Part shown: piece after piece, positions 12,101 to 27,600 of the stretch
How the letters are laid out: each line of letters starts with the position of its first letter
Position numbering within the stretch: the stretch's first letter is position 1
NCBI GenBank assembly: GCA_904063045.1
Contig: CAJFCJ010000012.1
Coordinates: forward strand, 62,001-126,000
Source of the DNA: Dimorphilus gyrociliatus
Lineage: Eukaryota > Animalia > Annelida
DNA length: 64,000 nucleotides
Direction: 5' to 3'
Position numbers and translations under genes: made by a program
The notes under the pieces: model-generated
What the model saw: the letters and a program-made list of their open reading frames with translations, nothing else
What the model was told of the DNA's origin: nothing
Databases searched by the model: none

Positions 12101-13832
12101 ATGAATATTTTATAAGATAGTGAACATTATTTTAAAATGCGCTTATAGTATATTAATCAATTATTAACATGTATTAAATATACTTGTTAAAATGAAAATA
12201 TAGGGCTATTTTTTTATTATTTCTAATATTTTACAGGTTTTTGACTGTAAAGTTAGGATATATTTATAAAGAATATTATGCTTTAGGGATATTTTCTATT
12301 TATTATATACAATTACAAATGAAAGATTAAAACCTGTGCTTGTTTGATTCTTATTTTGAACAAATTAAACAAAGCTTGTAGAAGTAGAATTAACATAAAT
12401 ATATATACTATATATATATACTGTATATTAGTATAATATGATATAAGTAATTTAATAGTAATAAAAATATCAACAACGACCCATTACAAAGAGAAGATCA
12501 AATCGTCTTTCCTTGTATAAACATCACACCTCTAATGGGTTTCTAGCCGCTAGGCTTTGGATGCAAATCGTATTTTGGCCAGCAGAATATCATACTATTT
12601 ATATACAAAATAAAGGTCTCAAATATTAGTTGAAGAAAGTAATTCTATTATTCATATAAGTTTTTAATTAATATTCAAATGATATAGCAAACAGATGGTT
12701 TATTTATGGTCTTGTTCTGTAGAGAATTTCTTATAAAAAATATAGATTTGAATATATATCATTTTCTCTTTTTGATTATTTATCCATCGATTATATTAAT
12801 CACTGATGAAATCAGTATTGGTTAGATTGGATTAACAGGATATGTTACCGTCTATTGGATAATTTCAAAGAAACAAATCGAAACCATACTTTTATAATCT
12901 AACCTCTATTTTTGTAATGGCTTTCAACCAGCTTAGAGATTATTTTAATGTTTGTAACTTACTAACCGGGTAAATCTTATAAGATTAGTTTTTCACTTTC
13001 TTTCATCAAGATTATAGATTAACAAGCAGCAGCAGTATGATTTGCTCTAGGTGTTAATACTCTCATTTTTAAGCTTTCTTTTCTGATAGCGTTACTACTC
13101 TATGGTGACGTAATATATATATATACAATATGTGTGCTGGGGTATATCCCTAATGATTTTTATATTTTTCTTCCGCTTATGTGCAAGGAATATAGATGGT
13201 AAAATAAACTCTCCCACAAGTCCGGTTAGTAGCCCTTTTCTCCCTTCAAGATAAAGTAGCAAACTCTTCTCTCTTAAAGAAATCAACCAGTCATCTCCTT
13301 ACTTTATATAAAATACTTAGTTACAGAGGCCTTGCGCGAGTATAGATAAGGTCGATTGGACAAAAAAGTTGCCTCTTAAGACGCTAAAACCAACGTCATT
13401 TTCAAACTCCAACCGCAGGCAGTTTGCAGTCCCGTTGGGTCTACTGCAATAAGTTTGTTTAGTTAACGTTTGGCTGTGCTGGCAGTTTGTTTGTCGATTA
13501 TGACCACCTGCAGCGTTTTCCGACTTTGATGCTAATTCAGTTTGCCCTAGGAGTTGTAAGGTTTTTTTCGTCGCAAATTAATTGTTCCTACTGCTGATTA
13601 GATTGATTGCTCTAGTATTTTTAGTACTATACATAGTATTACTCATTAATTCCGGTATGTAAATATAACTGTGTACTAATATATAGAATTACGCTGTGCT
13701 GTATTTTGGCTGATAGATTTGTAGATAAACGTAGCCAAATATTAAAATAAACTAGAAAAAAACATTTTTAGTAAAGGAAGGAATATATAAATAAAATAAT
13801 ATTGCACATATAAATTCTATATATATATACAG

Positions 13833-13863
<31 letters not shown>

Positions 13864-16800
13864 TTATACTGTATCTAATATAACATTGTTTTGCATGGTA
13901 TCCTTACAAATATATTCTACCACAATGGTGAAAATATGTTCTTTTTTCAAAAAGAAAAAATCATTAAATACTCTCTTTCAGATGGATTTATCTCAAAGGG
14001 GGTGAGAGATAAAGAGAGTGAGGCTGCGACAGCTATAAAAGAGGGATGAAAAAAAAAGGTGAATGAAACACAGACAGCAAAATAAGAGAGTTTTACTATT
14101 TAAAAGAATACTATCAAACTAATAAAGGAAGAGTAACTCTGATTTTTCATAAGATTTCTATACCGAGCACATAGAGCGCAATGTACTTAAAAAACATGGA
14201 AAAGCTATTCCAATTTAATCAGATTTATTCACTGCAGGAATGAAGTAGATTATCTTGGAGAAGTTAATTACTTATTACCTTGCCTTAAATCTCCGGGATA
14301 TTAAATCCTCCCAGATCCTGGATTGTTCTCATCGTAAACCTAATTGGTGTCACCATATAAAAAATAGTCTTTAATAGAATAGTGAGAGAGAGTGACAAAA
14401 ATAGATGGAAAGAGTGAGAAATAATAAAATAGTTGATCAAAGACATGTAAATTTATTCATTATGTCATTCAAGTGTTATATTCACTATCATTTTTATTGA
14501 TTTTCTTAAAGTAACAAAATATTAATAGTTAACTTTATTCATTAAATTCTTTATTCTCACATTATTCCATAGATGGCGCCATTTAGTCTTATCAAGTAGT
14601 AAAACTAATTTGATCCTTCTAACTCTAAAAGTTAATGAGAATTGGAGGAAAAAAATGTCAGACGAGCTTCTACTTAAATATTTTTAAAGAAGTTTTGCCT
14701 AGTTTGTATTTCTCAATCAATAAATGCATGGATATTATATCTATAAACTTATGATTTGATGATTTTAATGGTTTCAAGTTTTATGGATTCTTACACTTTT
14801 CTGTACCATAAAGATAAAAGGTAGAGAGAATTCTACCTACAAACTTGACTGAGATTGATTTCTCTATTACAGATTATACTGTAACTGCACTTAGATTGTA
14901 GCCTATATATAGACCGCACGTGTACTATGCATCAAACTTCATTCACTGAGTACCGAATAATTAGGATATGTACGAAAAAAATGCTCCATCAACTTTTATA
15001 GAAAGTTATTAAACGAAATTAGAGCAATATAAAAAACGTACAAACCTGAATAGGACAACTTGCAAACACAATTTCCATCATAACATTGCGCATGCTCGTG
15101 ACAATTCTTGCAAAACCGACTATCTGACGGCTTTTTATCTTGGTCACATCCGCCGTCTAATCGAAGTTTCGAACCTTTATTTTCAAATACACAATACACT
15201 GCTCTTTTTCGGTTATTACGCTCTGTTGTCATCCATTTGAATATTGGACAAGAAGGTTGTTTGCATTCTCTATTGAAAATAACAAAAGATTTCTTTGTTA
15301 AATATAGATGTCACGTAAAATTTTGCAATTGATTGATTACTATTTAATATTTCTATTTATAATTAAAAAAAAGACACGTCTCTCTTTTGGCATAAAAATA
15401 TATTAAAGGTAGACAATCAGACAAGACAAATCTTTAAGATTGGCTTCAAAGGGGAAAATATATGTTTAATTACCAACCAATGATTCCTAAAAAGATACAT
15501 TTTCCTAAAATTTGTTTCTACTCTTTGATATAGATGATTTCCTGTCGAACGTTTCTCTTTATAGAAAATTTTTTTCCGCCACTTTTTACAACAAAAGAGA
15601 AACTTTTCACATTTTCTTTTTTTGCCAATATCGATAAAAAATAAAAAAGAATAACAAAAAATATTTATATTTTATCGATAAATCAATCTTTTTCTTTGAA
15701 ATCAAAATACATTAACAAAGTTAAACTAGAGAAGGATTTTCGATTAAAATCACTAAGCTATTCTTACAATAATAACACTGTAAAAAAATTTTGATAATCT
15801 AATGTTTCATTGTTTTTCTTTTATTAATCAAAGTTTAACAATAAAAAGTGACGGTATATAACTCTTAATTAGAATTGATTACAATATAAATTAATCTCTT
15901 TAGAGAGGAGAGACATCTTCCGTTATTTTATTAAATTACTCATAAGGTTAACTAAGATATTCTGTTAAAATGTTTCATGATCAGAATGATTTCAAAATTA
16001 GAGCTGTAGAAAAAATGTCTTCTGTAAAAAAATCTTAAGCCTATTCTTGAATTGTATAGGATCTTTACAAAGTCGGTTTCCTAACCTATTTACTCTAAAG
16101 AAAAAGGGTTAAGTGGTGAGAAAAAATCGCTCTTCTCTAACATAAAAAAAGATGTCTGAACGATAGGAGTTCTTTATATGGAAGGCTGAAATTTAAATAG
16201 CCGAAAAATAGAATCATTTCCGCAGTATGAAATTTTACTCTTTTTTTATAAAGTTATCGACTTCTGTACAACAGTTGACCTATATTATTCGTTCACCCAT
16301 TTTAGCCTTACTTAAAAACTATAGACGCCTACCCACGTGACAAATTAGGCTCACGGGTGCTATATTTTCTCGTTATTTAGCCATCTCATCTAAACGGCTT
16401 CTGAAAATAGACGCCTATACCTGACATAGCAGTATATCATTGGCTCTTTAAGCTTTTATTTAAAGTGTTTCTTATCAATATTTTACAGGGAGCAGAGAAA
16501 ATTTCGCTAATTTTACGGACTATTTATATTAATTAATTGATACGTTAAATCACTAAACTATGAAATTTTTTACTAATCAATTAATTAATTTATTAATTAT
16601 TTACGTCTTCAATTCTTAGATAAAATAATCAAAGATCATTGATAGAAGGATCTCTACAAATAAGATTTTCTATTATTAATTCATGAGAGGACCGACTTTT
16701 TAGACGATCCACTCACGTTTGTAGCCAATGACCCCGTTCAAATAAATAGCTCAAATAGTAAGATCAAACTTGTATATCAGTGACATATATTCATGACAAA

Positions 16801-19800
16801 CATATACCTTAATCCTATAACTTTCTGTTACTGTTTTGGTTTTTTTTCCCATTCAATTAATTAGTAAATAATATATTTAAAGTGTGATATATATGTATTT
16901 CTTTTTCTGGGAATGATAATGTAATGATAGTCCTTTAAAAGAAAATAAGAATATAATATCTTTCTTTTCTCCTCCCTTTCTCTCTTATTCTTTAGAATTA
17001 AAGAAGGCGTGAAAGGAGTCTACAATAGAAATTTTCTTACAATGCTCCCTAATGAACTCTAAAGAGTAGTGTGAATAATGATTACATTTCTTTTTCATCG
17101 AAATTGGTAATTTAATTGATTTTTTGATTGAATATTATAAACGTACCTCTCTTTTAGACCTTCCTCAGAACATCGAGCTCCGTTTGTGGCTCTTCTGACG
17201 ACTGACCTAGATTTATAACTGATTCCCTTTGATGTCTTACAATCAAGGAAACACGGACCCCATTCGGACCATTCAGTTATAATGCAATCACCAGGGCAAG
17301 GTATATAACAAGATTCTTCAGTTTTTGGTTTTTGCAGTTTACAACCTTCTTCAATCCTTCGACCATCGCTTCTTTCGCAATAAACAGTCCTATGTCTAGT
17401 TCCCTGACCACATTGACCATACCCAGCTGAACATTCAGACCAATCACTTGTCGACCATGAAAATTTGTAACAGGGTATTATTTTACAATAGCTCTTCTGT
17501 TCTAAGTCACTTTCTTTTGGGCATGGCCTCCCATAATTTACTGGCTGTTGTAAAATTCTTCTAGTTCTGACTTTTATCATTTTAGGACCACATGTTTTAG
17601 AGCAAGAAGACCAGGATGACCAGGGAGACAGCTGACAATCTCTATCGCATTCTACACGACATGTCTCTTTGTTTGTCAAATGCTTTTTTTCACAATATGT
17701 GTGTGATACAATCATACTGTCATGAAGTCTCACGCAATTCAATGGCCTTAAACGTTGTCCAACACCGCATGTTGAGCCGTTTAGTATACAATCCGTCCAT
17801 TCGCCTAATTTCCATTTGTAATCCCGGCAGGCACACTCCTGTTCTTCCGTTAACCTGTCGCATTTTTTGGCTTCTCCCCTCCTTTCTTTCTCAATTTTTC
17901 TCGTTCTTTTTCTTCTATATTTCATGCAGTCGCATGGCGACCATACAGACCAGTGGCTTAATTTGCAGTCGCCTGTGGGCGTTTTTTGGCAGTCAATATA
18001 CTGTTATTAGTTAGGTCACGTGATTTTTTGCCTAGATTGAAGTTAGTTTTGCATTTTATTATCAAGTTATAATGCTGTATTGTTACACTTGCAACCGTAT
18101 CATAAGAATACAATTTTTAATTAGTTTACTTGGATTTATCCGTGATACTGGATTCTTTACATTAGTACAAAAGAATCTTATCGAAAGTAAAGTTGATTAG
18201 GGTTATTGCTGACAAAAATTAAATGAAAAATTAAAGACTTTCCCATTTAAATTAGTATTTACATGAGCGTCATAAAATAACTTAGAATGCCAATTAACTT
18301 TTGCTATTATATCTGACTTTGCTGAGTAATGTTGACAAAACTTAAAATTGCATTTAGGGCTAACGCTATTATCATCTGGAACCAATGGTTAACTAGGCTC
18401 GCAGCTAGATAAAATTAATCAGTATAAAAGGGACATATATTGGAACGGTCTAAAGGTCGTGCGATCCTTTCTTTCATGCTCCATCAGTAAGCAAATAGCG
18501 CTCCATCAAAATAAATACCCTGAAAATTTTTTTAAAAGACCCTTATACAACTCTTTTGTCATTCTTTTAGAAAAAACTACCAAAAACTAATAAAGGATGA
18601 TTGGTGCTATTTTTTCTTTATATCTTTGACCTTGACAGGTTTTTAGTTAAAAGAAAAATCTCACCGACACAAGCATTATCGCAAATTTCCTCCGTCTTAG
18701 GTTTCGGCGCTAATCGAAGACAGAGACTTTCGCTTCCGGCTGGACATGTAACGCTTCTATTTTGGATACCTTCTCCACAACTTTCTTTTGATTCACAGGA
18801 GCCCCAATCTCCAACCTTCCATTCTAATTCATGACAATCACGCTGTGTACAAACGCGCTTTTCTTTTAAAGGACGACAAGGACGCCCTGTGAGCCCTGGC
18901 CTAAGGTCAATACTTCTATTTCGATACTGAATGCCTTCACCACACGCTTCCAAGCAAGAAGACCAAGGCTGCCAATTGGAAAGCTTGCAATCAATAGGCC
19001 TCTTGACAGAGCAGGACCGTCTGGTCTGAGGCATATGTTTTGGGCAGAATTTGTTTGAAACAAATGTTTCAATGGAATCATTGATTTTAACACAAGACAC
19101 TTGACGCTTAAGAACACCAGGGCCATAAGTTTCATTCTTAATTATACAAGATCCCCAAGACCCTAATTTCCATTTAAACATGGGGCACGTTTGATTGTTG
19201 CATGGTTGACGTTCTTCTAGGCGTACAGAATGAATACGAGAACATAATTCTTCTAATTCAAGATTATCACCAAATTCCTTAATTTGTCGATATCTAACAC
19301 GATAGCCAGAAGTTTCATTAGGAGTTTTGCATGAATGATTACACTGTCCAAATGCTGACCACTCGGTTAAGATACAATCTCCAGCACAAGGAATGAAGCA
19401 ACTCTCCTCAGTGGCTGGTTTTGGGCGTTTTTCAGCACAGATTGCTATTTAGATATAAAACAAATAAAAGGCTTATTAAACTTTCTAGTATACACGCAGA
19501 CTTCCTATAAATATAAATAACGTAAGATGAGTTGAAAGAACAGATTTTTTAATTACTTTTAGTACCAATTTCTATAAATATTGTATAAACTAGAAGCAAT
19601 ATTACGGCTTTAGAATAGCCTAATATCCTTCATTTATTACTGCTGGGAGTTTATCGTCATATTTGATTAGTGTTTTCTTTCAATCGATATTTTATAATAC
19701 CCACTTATTATAGTAAAATAAGGTAATTATCCAATTATTCAAAAAGTAAGTTATCGTCAAATTACACCATCCATTTTCATTACACGCCCTCAATAAACTT

Positions 19801-21592
19801 TAGTAGGGGGAAGAGAGGAAGAAAAATTACTAAAAATTATTTCTCTAACAAACTGCTTATATAACGATAAAAAGTTAATTTAAAAGAATAATCAGATTTC
19901 ATTTGGCTGTTCTATGTTTTAATTTAACCCATACATCATTCTATATTCATATATCTAAATAGAATGTGTAAAGAATGTTTAGGGGCTAACTTTCTTCCCG
20001 AAAATATGAAATGAAATATTATTACAGATCCATTTCAACACTTTTATAGAGCATTACGACATGTCACGCAAGGTTACCGTCCTAAAAAAGTCATGCGAAA
20101 GAACTATAATAAATGATAAAAATATTGCCTAGGATATAACTATTCTCATCTTTTTAATGGAAAAGGAATATTAGGAAGGAAAAGTATGAGCTTACATTCA
20201 CTGATAGTTCTGTTTCGCCCATCATTTTTTTCCTCGCATATAATCTTTCTTTTCCTCTTACCATATCCGCATAAAAATTTGTTTGAAACCGTACAATTTT
20301 TCCACTCAAACTCCTTCCAATCAATCCTTTTACAGGATCTTACTTTACACTTTTCCTCCACTGTTTGTACTCCATCGCCTGATAGGTTGCCCGGACATTT
20401 TTTACCATTTCCCACCGGTAGAATATCGATTCGTCTCCATCTTTGTCGTGTTCCCTCCCCGCATGTTTGGGAGCATGGCGACCACTCATTCCACATTGTC
20501 ATTTTACAATTAGATGAACACAATATTGTACAGGCTTTTTTTGGTTTTGGTTTGAGACTTACATCACATAAGTCTTCATCTACAACATTTTTTGTAGACG
20601 GATCAATGCAAGTAACACTCCTCTCTTGTATTCCTTTGTTCTCTCCACAGTCGGCTCCTATTTTCTTACAATTTGACCATCGACTGACGTTCCATAAATA
20701 CTCTATACAACGTTTTGGAGGACAATTCGTAGTTTCTTTTAAATCTTCATCTGAAACACAACGACCAGTAATCTTTCCACGTTCGCGAACGGATTTGGTG
20801 CGGGTTTTATGGCCTTGTCCACAGGTAACGGAGCAGTCCGACCACTCTGTCCACTCGCTGACTTGACAGTCCAAGCCATTTGAGCAAGGCTTATAGCAAT
20901 TCTTAGTTGAAAGTGGTTTGGTACCTCCTGACAATTCGCATTTATGATCATCTTCTACCTCTTTACTGTTCACATCAAAACAATGAATCGTTCTACTAGA
21001 AATTCCCTTTCCGCAAAGTCTATTGTCTTCGGGTGAGCATTCCGACCAGGGACCTGGAAAGTAATTATAATTTATTTTATTGATATTTTATTTATGGCGT
21101 TTTCGCATCAAACCATCACCTTTTACTATCTTTTTAACTTTACATACATGATTTAAAAAGAATGAGTGTGAGAGTGCAAGACTGTTATTTCGCCCTCTTC
21201 TATACATCTACTTTACGAGTTAAAAGAGGCGAGAAGGCCTTGACAAACGATACTAAAAAAATACCGAAACATTGATAAACCGACTGTAGTGAAATGAAAA
21301 GATCTTTCCGTATGATTAGACTATATCTCCAGCTGCCAGCATGTCATTGTTATCATAATCTATATACCAAATTTGATCCTATTACGTTGAATGAGACTTT
21401 GCTATTACTTTTTTTTATTACAAAAAGTTAATTAACTACAAAAATTAAGTATTTTTGTCTATCTGCAAAGATTCGTTTAATCGTTAAGTAAAATAAATAA
21501 TATTGATTTAGGCCTATAAAATCACTGTTTTGTATTATGATAAAGTACATTTAAAAAAAGATGAAGATTATCAGTGAAATAAGTTAATCTCC

Positions 21593-21631
<39 letters not shown>

Positions 21632-24600
21632 AAATATATATAAATATCGTTATAGTATTCGATTTGTAGCCTATAGTAAAATTATTTATATAAGATATTT
21701 ATACGAACAAACAGTATCTGTGTCCTTAATGAAGTATTATTTCTTTATTGAATTTTCTGAAATGGTGGTTCTCTAGATTTTCATTACTTTCTTTCAAATA
21801 GCTCATTCATTTTAGTAATTTGTTTTGTTTTCTTTACCAACGAGTCTCCTTACCATTTATATATATATATATATATATAGAGTTTACGTGAGCTATTTTA
21901 TCAAGATTTTGCAGGATGGTTTATATATATACAAGTATATATATATAATGTATTTAAATATATACAATAGAGCTACTTGATTAACTGTAAATTCTGTTAA
22001 ATGTAATAAAATGACGTAATACTTGGTTATATTTCATAAATCTTTTTTCTTATCAAATAAAATGACAATTAGCACAGTAAAGCCTGAGAAAATCTAATAA
22101 ACATTCGTTAAATATCTAATTAATATTTCTAGCCTAAATTTGAGATTGAGCTGGGCTTAGATAGCTGTCAATAAGAATAAATTACTTATATATAAATAGG
22201 TAAATAGGGATTTTAATACCTGTTTTATAAATACTAATAAAAATAGGTTATTGCTAGTGAAGAGGTAAAACAATTCTTTTCTTTATTCTTGAATGTGAAA
22301 CAGTATTCTATCACTTTTTTTCTAGTTAATTGGGGTTACAGTAATTTACGTTAATTTTCTAAAACAGGGTTTTACGATAGTTATTTACTTATTATATCTG
22401 TTATTTATTCCTTAACGTATAGAATATCGTTAGTTTTAGTATAAACACTATAATAATAGAAAAAGAAGGTTTAGATATAGTGTAAAGCTAGCCACATTTC
22501 ACGACGGGAAATAGAGACATGCGATTGGAAAATGTCAAATCTCTGACATGTATAGTGTTACCTAACCTAGATAAACTTACTAGCAGAATTAAAAGTTCTT
22601 TTTTGATGCTATATATGATGTATAATTTATTATATACCCTATACCTATAACTTATTTATTTGTAAAAGATGCATTCTTCTCTCTTAAAAAATCCTCCGTT
22701 GAGTAAATATAATTTTAAAAGTAAAGCAAAAAATCAATATAGACAGAGCTGCCGACTTAAAGTATTCCCACTGTTCTTGAAAAGTGTAATAAGAGGGAAA
22801 CATTCCAAAATCATCTATGAAGTAATCATCAAATTTAAGAGGGGAAGAGGGAGTAAAGAAGGAGGGAGAGAAGGAGAATGATTTAGTTTTTCTTATCCGC
22901 TATTTTGTAAATAGTCTTAAAATATTTAGAATATATATTTTTTTAGATGGTACAAATCAAAAATTATTCTTTTCAAGCAATATAAACAATATTTTGAATG
23001 TTACATTACTGAATAATTAAAAGAAGAATGATTTGTATAAAACCGATTGACTAATTACGTAGGTGTTTTACGTAATTACATCTCAAGTTAAAATCAACCG
23101 CTGCGTTTACTTGTTTGAGTAAAGTGCTTTAACACGTATTAATTTTCTTATTAGAGAGTAATGGAATATATTCAACTACATTTAAAATTTCACTATATAT
23201 CGTATATCCTGAATACATTTTACTATTATTCTTTATTTATATTTTATCCTTTTTCTCTTAGTTGGCTATGCTTTATTTTTTTAATTTAAAATAATATACA
23301 GGAATTTGGTTTATTTATTCGCATGATATGCTGTATAGAGAGCCTATTCAACTGGAAAATAAAATAACTAAAGAACATTTTATTAAGAAAATTGGAGAAA
23401 AGCAAATAAGTAAGAAAGAAAAACTACAGCAAAGATTTTGTTAATCTTTCAATTAAAGAAATTCAAATCGATACACATCGGAAGATGAGAGTAGGAGAGA
23501 GAATAGACGCGAAAGAGAAGAGGACAGGGTAAAAAAGAGAATAAGAGATTGAAAAGGGGAAAGTGAGAGGGAAAGCTCGATAAAACGCGTATTTTGCGGA
23601 CGACACGCTTAACTGACTGCAATTTCCTGCGAGTTTAGAGAAAAATCTCTGAAAGTAATCAAGACTCCTCTTATCGGAATTTTCTTTTAAAAACGTCTGA
23701 GAATACAAATTTTTCGTCTCTTTTCTCTCCTTTTTACTCCCTGTCGATTTATTTTTACTTTTAGATAACTTAATTTCGGTCGAGTGTGCGTAATATAAAA
23801 CTGACTTTATTAAAAGGAATGGTAAATGGACGTAATACCGTTATGAGAGAAAAATTGGTAGAGTGACTTTTAGAGAGAAAACAATTTGAAATCTTATATA
23901 CACTTTTCATTTATAACAAATATATTTATATAAATGAAGTTGTATACTTTGCGGTATACACTGTATATAGAAATATATATATATATATATATATATATTG
24001 TCTATGCTGTATTGTCTATCTGTGTTATTTACTTTAGTAGTACTTCTCTATAGGTAGTTACACGTTTTATCATGATACGAAATTTTTTACCGTTTCCGAT
24101 AATACAATATTTTAGCCATGTATAAAGTTTTTACTTACATTTTGTGTACTCAGAGGAAAATTCTATAGATAAAAAAAATGCTGCTTAAAATTCATGATAT
24201 ATATAATCTTTTATCTTTCTTTCGACTAAAAACCTTCATACCGACTCTCCTGATAATAAAAAAGAGTAACTCAATCCAGTAATTTAAATAAGAGATTCTG
24301 TTCTTCCTTGAAAAGTTAATATTTATCTGTCTCTTTTAAATTTCTTATTGAAATATCAACTATTTTCTCTTTTCACTAAATTCTTTTGTCTAATTTTTCC
24401 CTTTTTTCTCTCTCGATCTATTATTCCATTCACATATACTACTTAAATATTACACAGTTAACTTATTTAAACGCTGCCATTTTTTGTAAGAACGCTTTAA
24501 ATAAGATAATAACAAAGAGACTCAAAGATTTATCAATAACTTCAACAGACCAGAAAATTTCCTCAAAAAAAAATAAATTCTCACTTGACGAAACAATTTT

Positions 24601-27600
24601 CGGTTTCTTTTGTTCTTTCTCTGTTTTAAGTCATTATTAAAACACAGCATATTATTTTTTCTGATAAGTTTAATTAGCTTCGTTAATGATATTCAGATAT
24701 AAATAATTAAGCTTATAGAATTGAGAGAATTCTAATATGAATTCTTATCATTATTTCGTATGAATTATCATACTTTTTATTTAAAGAAAATATAATATTG
24801 AAATGTATTTTTTTTCGTTTGTCTCTTACAAAATGCTGATTAAAATGCTGGAAAATAATTGAAGAAATATTAGGAATGGAGAAATACCACAAGTTGTGCC
24901 AAACAAAAAATTAGCGAAAGAAAACATTCATCAAAAGACAGCGAAGCTAGCGAAACGATTATTTCCTGCCAACGTCAATTCAACAGCGCTAGCATCGGAC
25001 GTACGTCAAAAAGATTGATAAAAGTATAAAAAGAAACGAAGAAAGGCGTAAATTAATTGATGTTTACCAGTTTATTTAAGTATAAGTTTATATGAGGGAG
25101 GTTTATTGACAATTTTTAATGTGGAAGTAGTGAGTATTGTCAATTTTTGCCTTTAAAATTTTCATTTACCAGTTGATTATAAGAAGAGAAACTTTTTTAG
25201 GATATTGTAAATTGTCTACAGTTACGATAAATGGTTTGTTAACAACTCTCCCTTAATCAGAAGTCAAACAAAACAAAAAAGAAAAATATTAAGCATATTA
25301 CAAGAATTTATCTTAAATCTTCCTTTGTCATAACTTTCTTTAGTTTTAATCGTTTAATCGTCGAGTAAAATTTAAAATAAGTGGAATCGATAAGTAGGGC
25401 TATGTAAGTTTTTTGCTACTCATTTTACTCTGCTTCTGCCTATTTTGTCTTTGCTGTCGATATAACTTTTCCAGTTATATAAATAAACAAGAGAAGAGAT
25501 TCTCTGTTACTACTGAGGTTACCATAATATGCTTTAGAATACATTAGACGAAGTATTTAATGACTTTTTGCATGAACTACCTATTTAGATAATTTTTATA
25601 TTATTTTAGTGGAATTAACAGTAATTTTCTCCTATAAAAAGGGAAAATAACTGATATAGTTACCGTCTTTCCAATAAAGGCCCCACCGTTTGCATGATAT
25701 AAGGTCAATGGGTTTATCTTTATCACAGCCTAAGTGTTCCCTATCTTGTTCCGGTGTTAAAATCTCTCGTGTACGATGACTCATTCCCTCATGACATTCC
25801 GACCAAGATCCCCACTCTCCATATTCGCAACCAATATTACAAGGTAGTAGGCAAGCTCGCGTTGTGATCGGTTTAGGAGAGGCAACTGGAAAAAAGGAAG
25901 GAAACATAAATAGATAGATAGAAATGGTGGAGCTTATCAAATCAAGTTTGACAAGGGCCAAGTGGACTAGGTCCCCACTCTGATTTTTCTGCATTTTTGG
26001 CACGACTTCATTCATGGACCCCTTCACGAAACTCTTAAGAAATAGACTTTTCTTTGAGAAAATATAACTTATATAGCATTGCACATCTTGAAAACTATAC
26101 GTTACTCTTGTTTATTTTACTATTTATTTTATTTAAATTGCAATAGTGTTGGTTTTTTGTTGTTGCTGTTTTCATCTATTCTAAATTATGCATAAATTCA
26201 GAATGGCTGTTAATTAATTAGCTGTAAATATATTTAAAATACTGTTCTACTCTATGCTATACTGTATAACTACATACTATGCTATCTTTACAATATATTG
26301 TATAGATATTTGTAAGCGATATGCTTGTAGACTAGGCTTTTTCATTTAAGCATGACAGTATTAGAGATAGTACTATAAATCCTTTCGTACTTCTTAATAC
26401 AAATATTATTGTTCTGAAAGAAAGTGTCAATGCTCTAGTCGTTTTCTATTATTCTCTTTTATTGTATGGATTAAATTGTGCACGAAATATTGTTACCAAC
26501 AGATAATTTTCGGAGTGAGATTAGCCTTTAATTAGAAAGTTTAAATTATAGAGAATTGAGGACTATCTTCCTAAAGATGGGAAGCTATCATAACCAATCT
26601 GTTATTAAAGTCTTTGCATCTTTCAATAATTCTATAGCATCTTGTTACACATTTTTTTCATAGGGTTATATATACTGTAGATATAAATATATATAATATA
26701 TATACAAAGTAGAACAATTGATGACAAGAACAATGGAAGTGGGTTGCTAGGAGTGAGACTTGCGTGCAATTCGGCTTTGACTTATCGATTTATGTTGAAT
26801 CATTTGATTCATATCGGATTATGTACGCTTTTGTTACACATTTCCTATTAATATTATAATTTTTGGGTAGAATGTCAGTATTTCCGAGTATTTTTTTCTT
26901 GTATGCAATATATTTTCTGAGAAATGTAAAACACATCAATTTGTAATAATTTGGCAAAAAAATTAACAACCAATGAAGAAGGAAATATATTACATGTTTC
27001 ATAAATCCTTATTATATATATACTATATGCGTATTTAAAATAAATGATTTGTTAAGACTTGCTTCTCATTAATCACACATCATATTTACTATAAATCTAT
27101 ATAAATTATCTTAATTTACCGTATAATTTATAATAATATGTTATTAATATCACTTATTTCTATTTTAATCATTGATTAAGGAGAATATTGACACTCACGT
27201 ATCGAATTGAGAAAACGTTTTCGGACAAGTACTATTTCCCTATTTCACGCTCAAGTGCCTTAAATATCACAGTTTTGATCGAATCAACTTAAAATAATTT
27301 AAATTTCTAATCTAACATCAATTCCATTTGCCGAGTAATTGTTAATTAGTCGATCTCATAAGTTATGTAATTATGCAGTCAAGTCACTTTGTATAAAAGT
27401 AAAAAAAACACATTTGTATCTCACTTGTTCAATACTAATATATGATGTTTTATTTATTTAATGGGGTTTAAGTTTTCTCTCCAGCTCTTTTCTCTGTCTA
27501 ACTCATCCCTTTTGCGTGAAATTATCAACGAACGATTATTTCGTCTAATTAACTCTTTAAAACCTAATTACTATCTGTCATGCTGCAGCAAACAAGTCTA

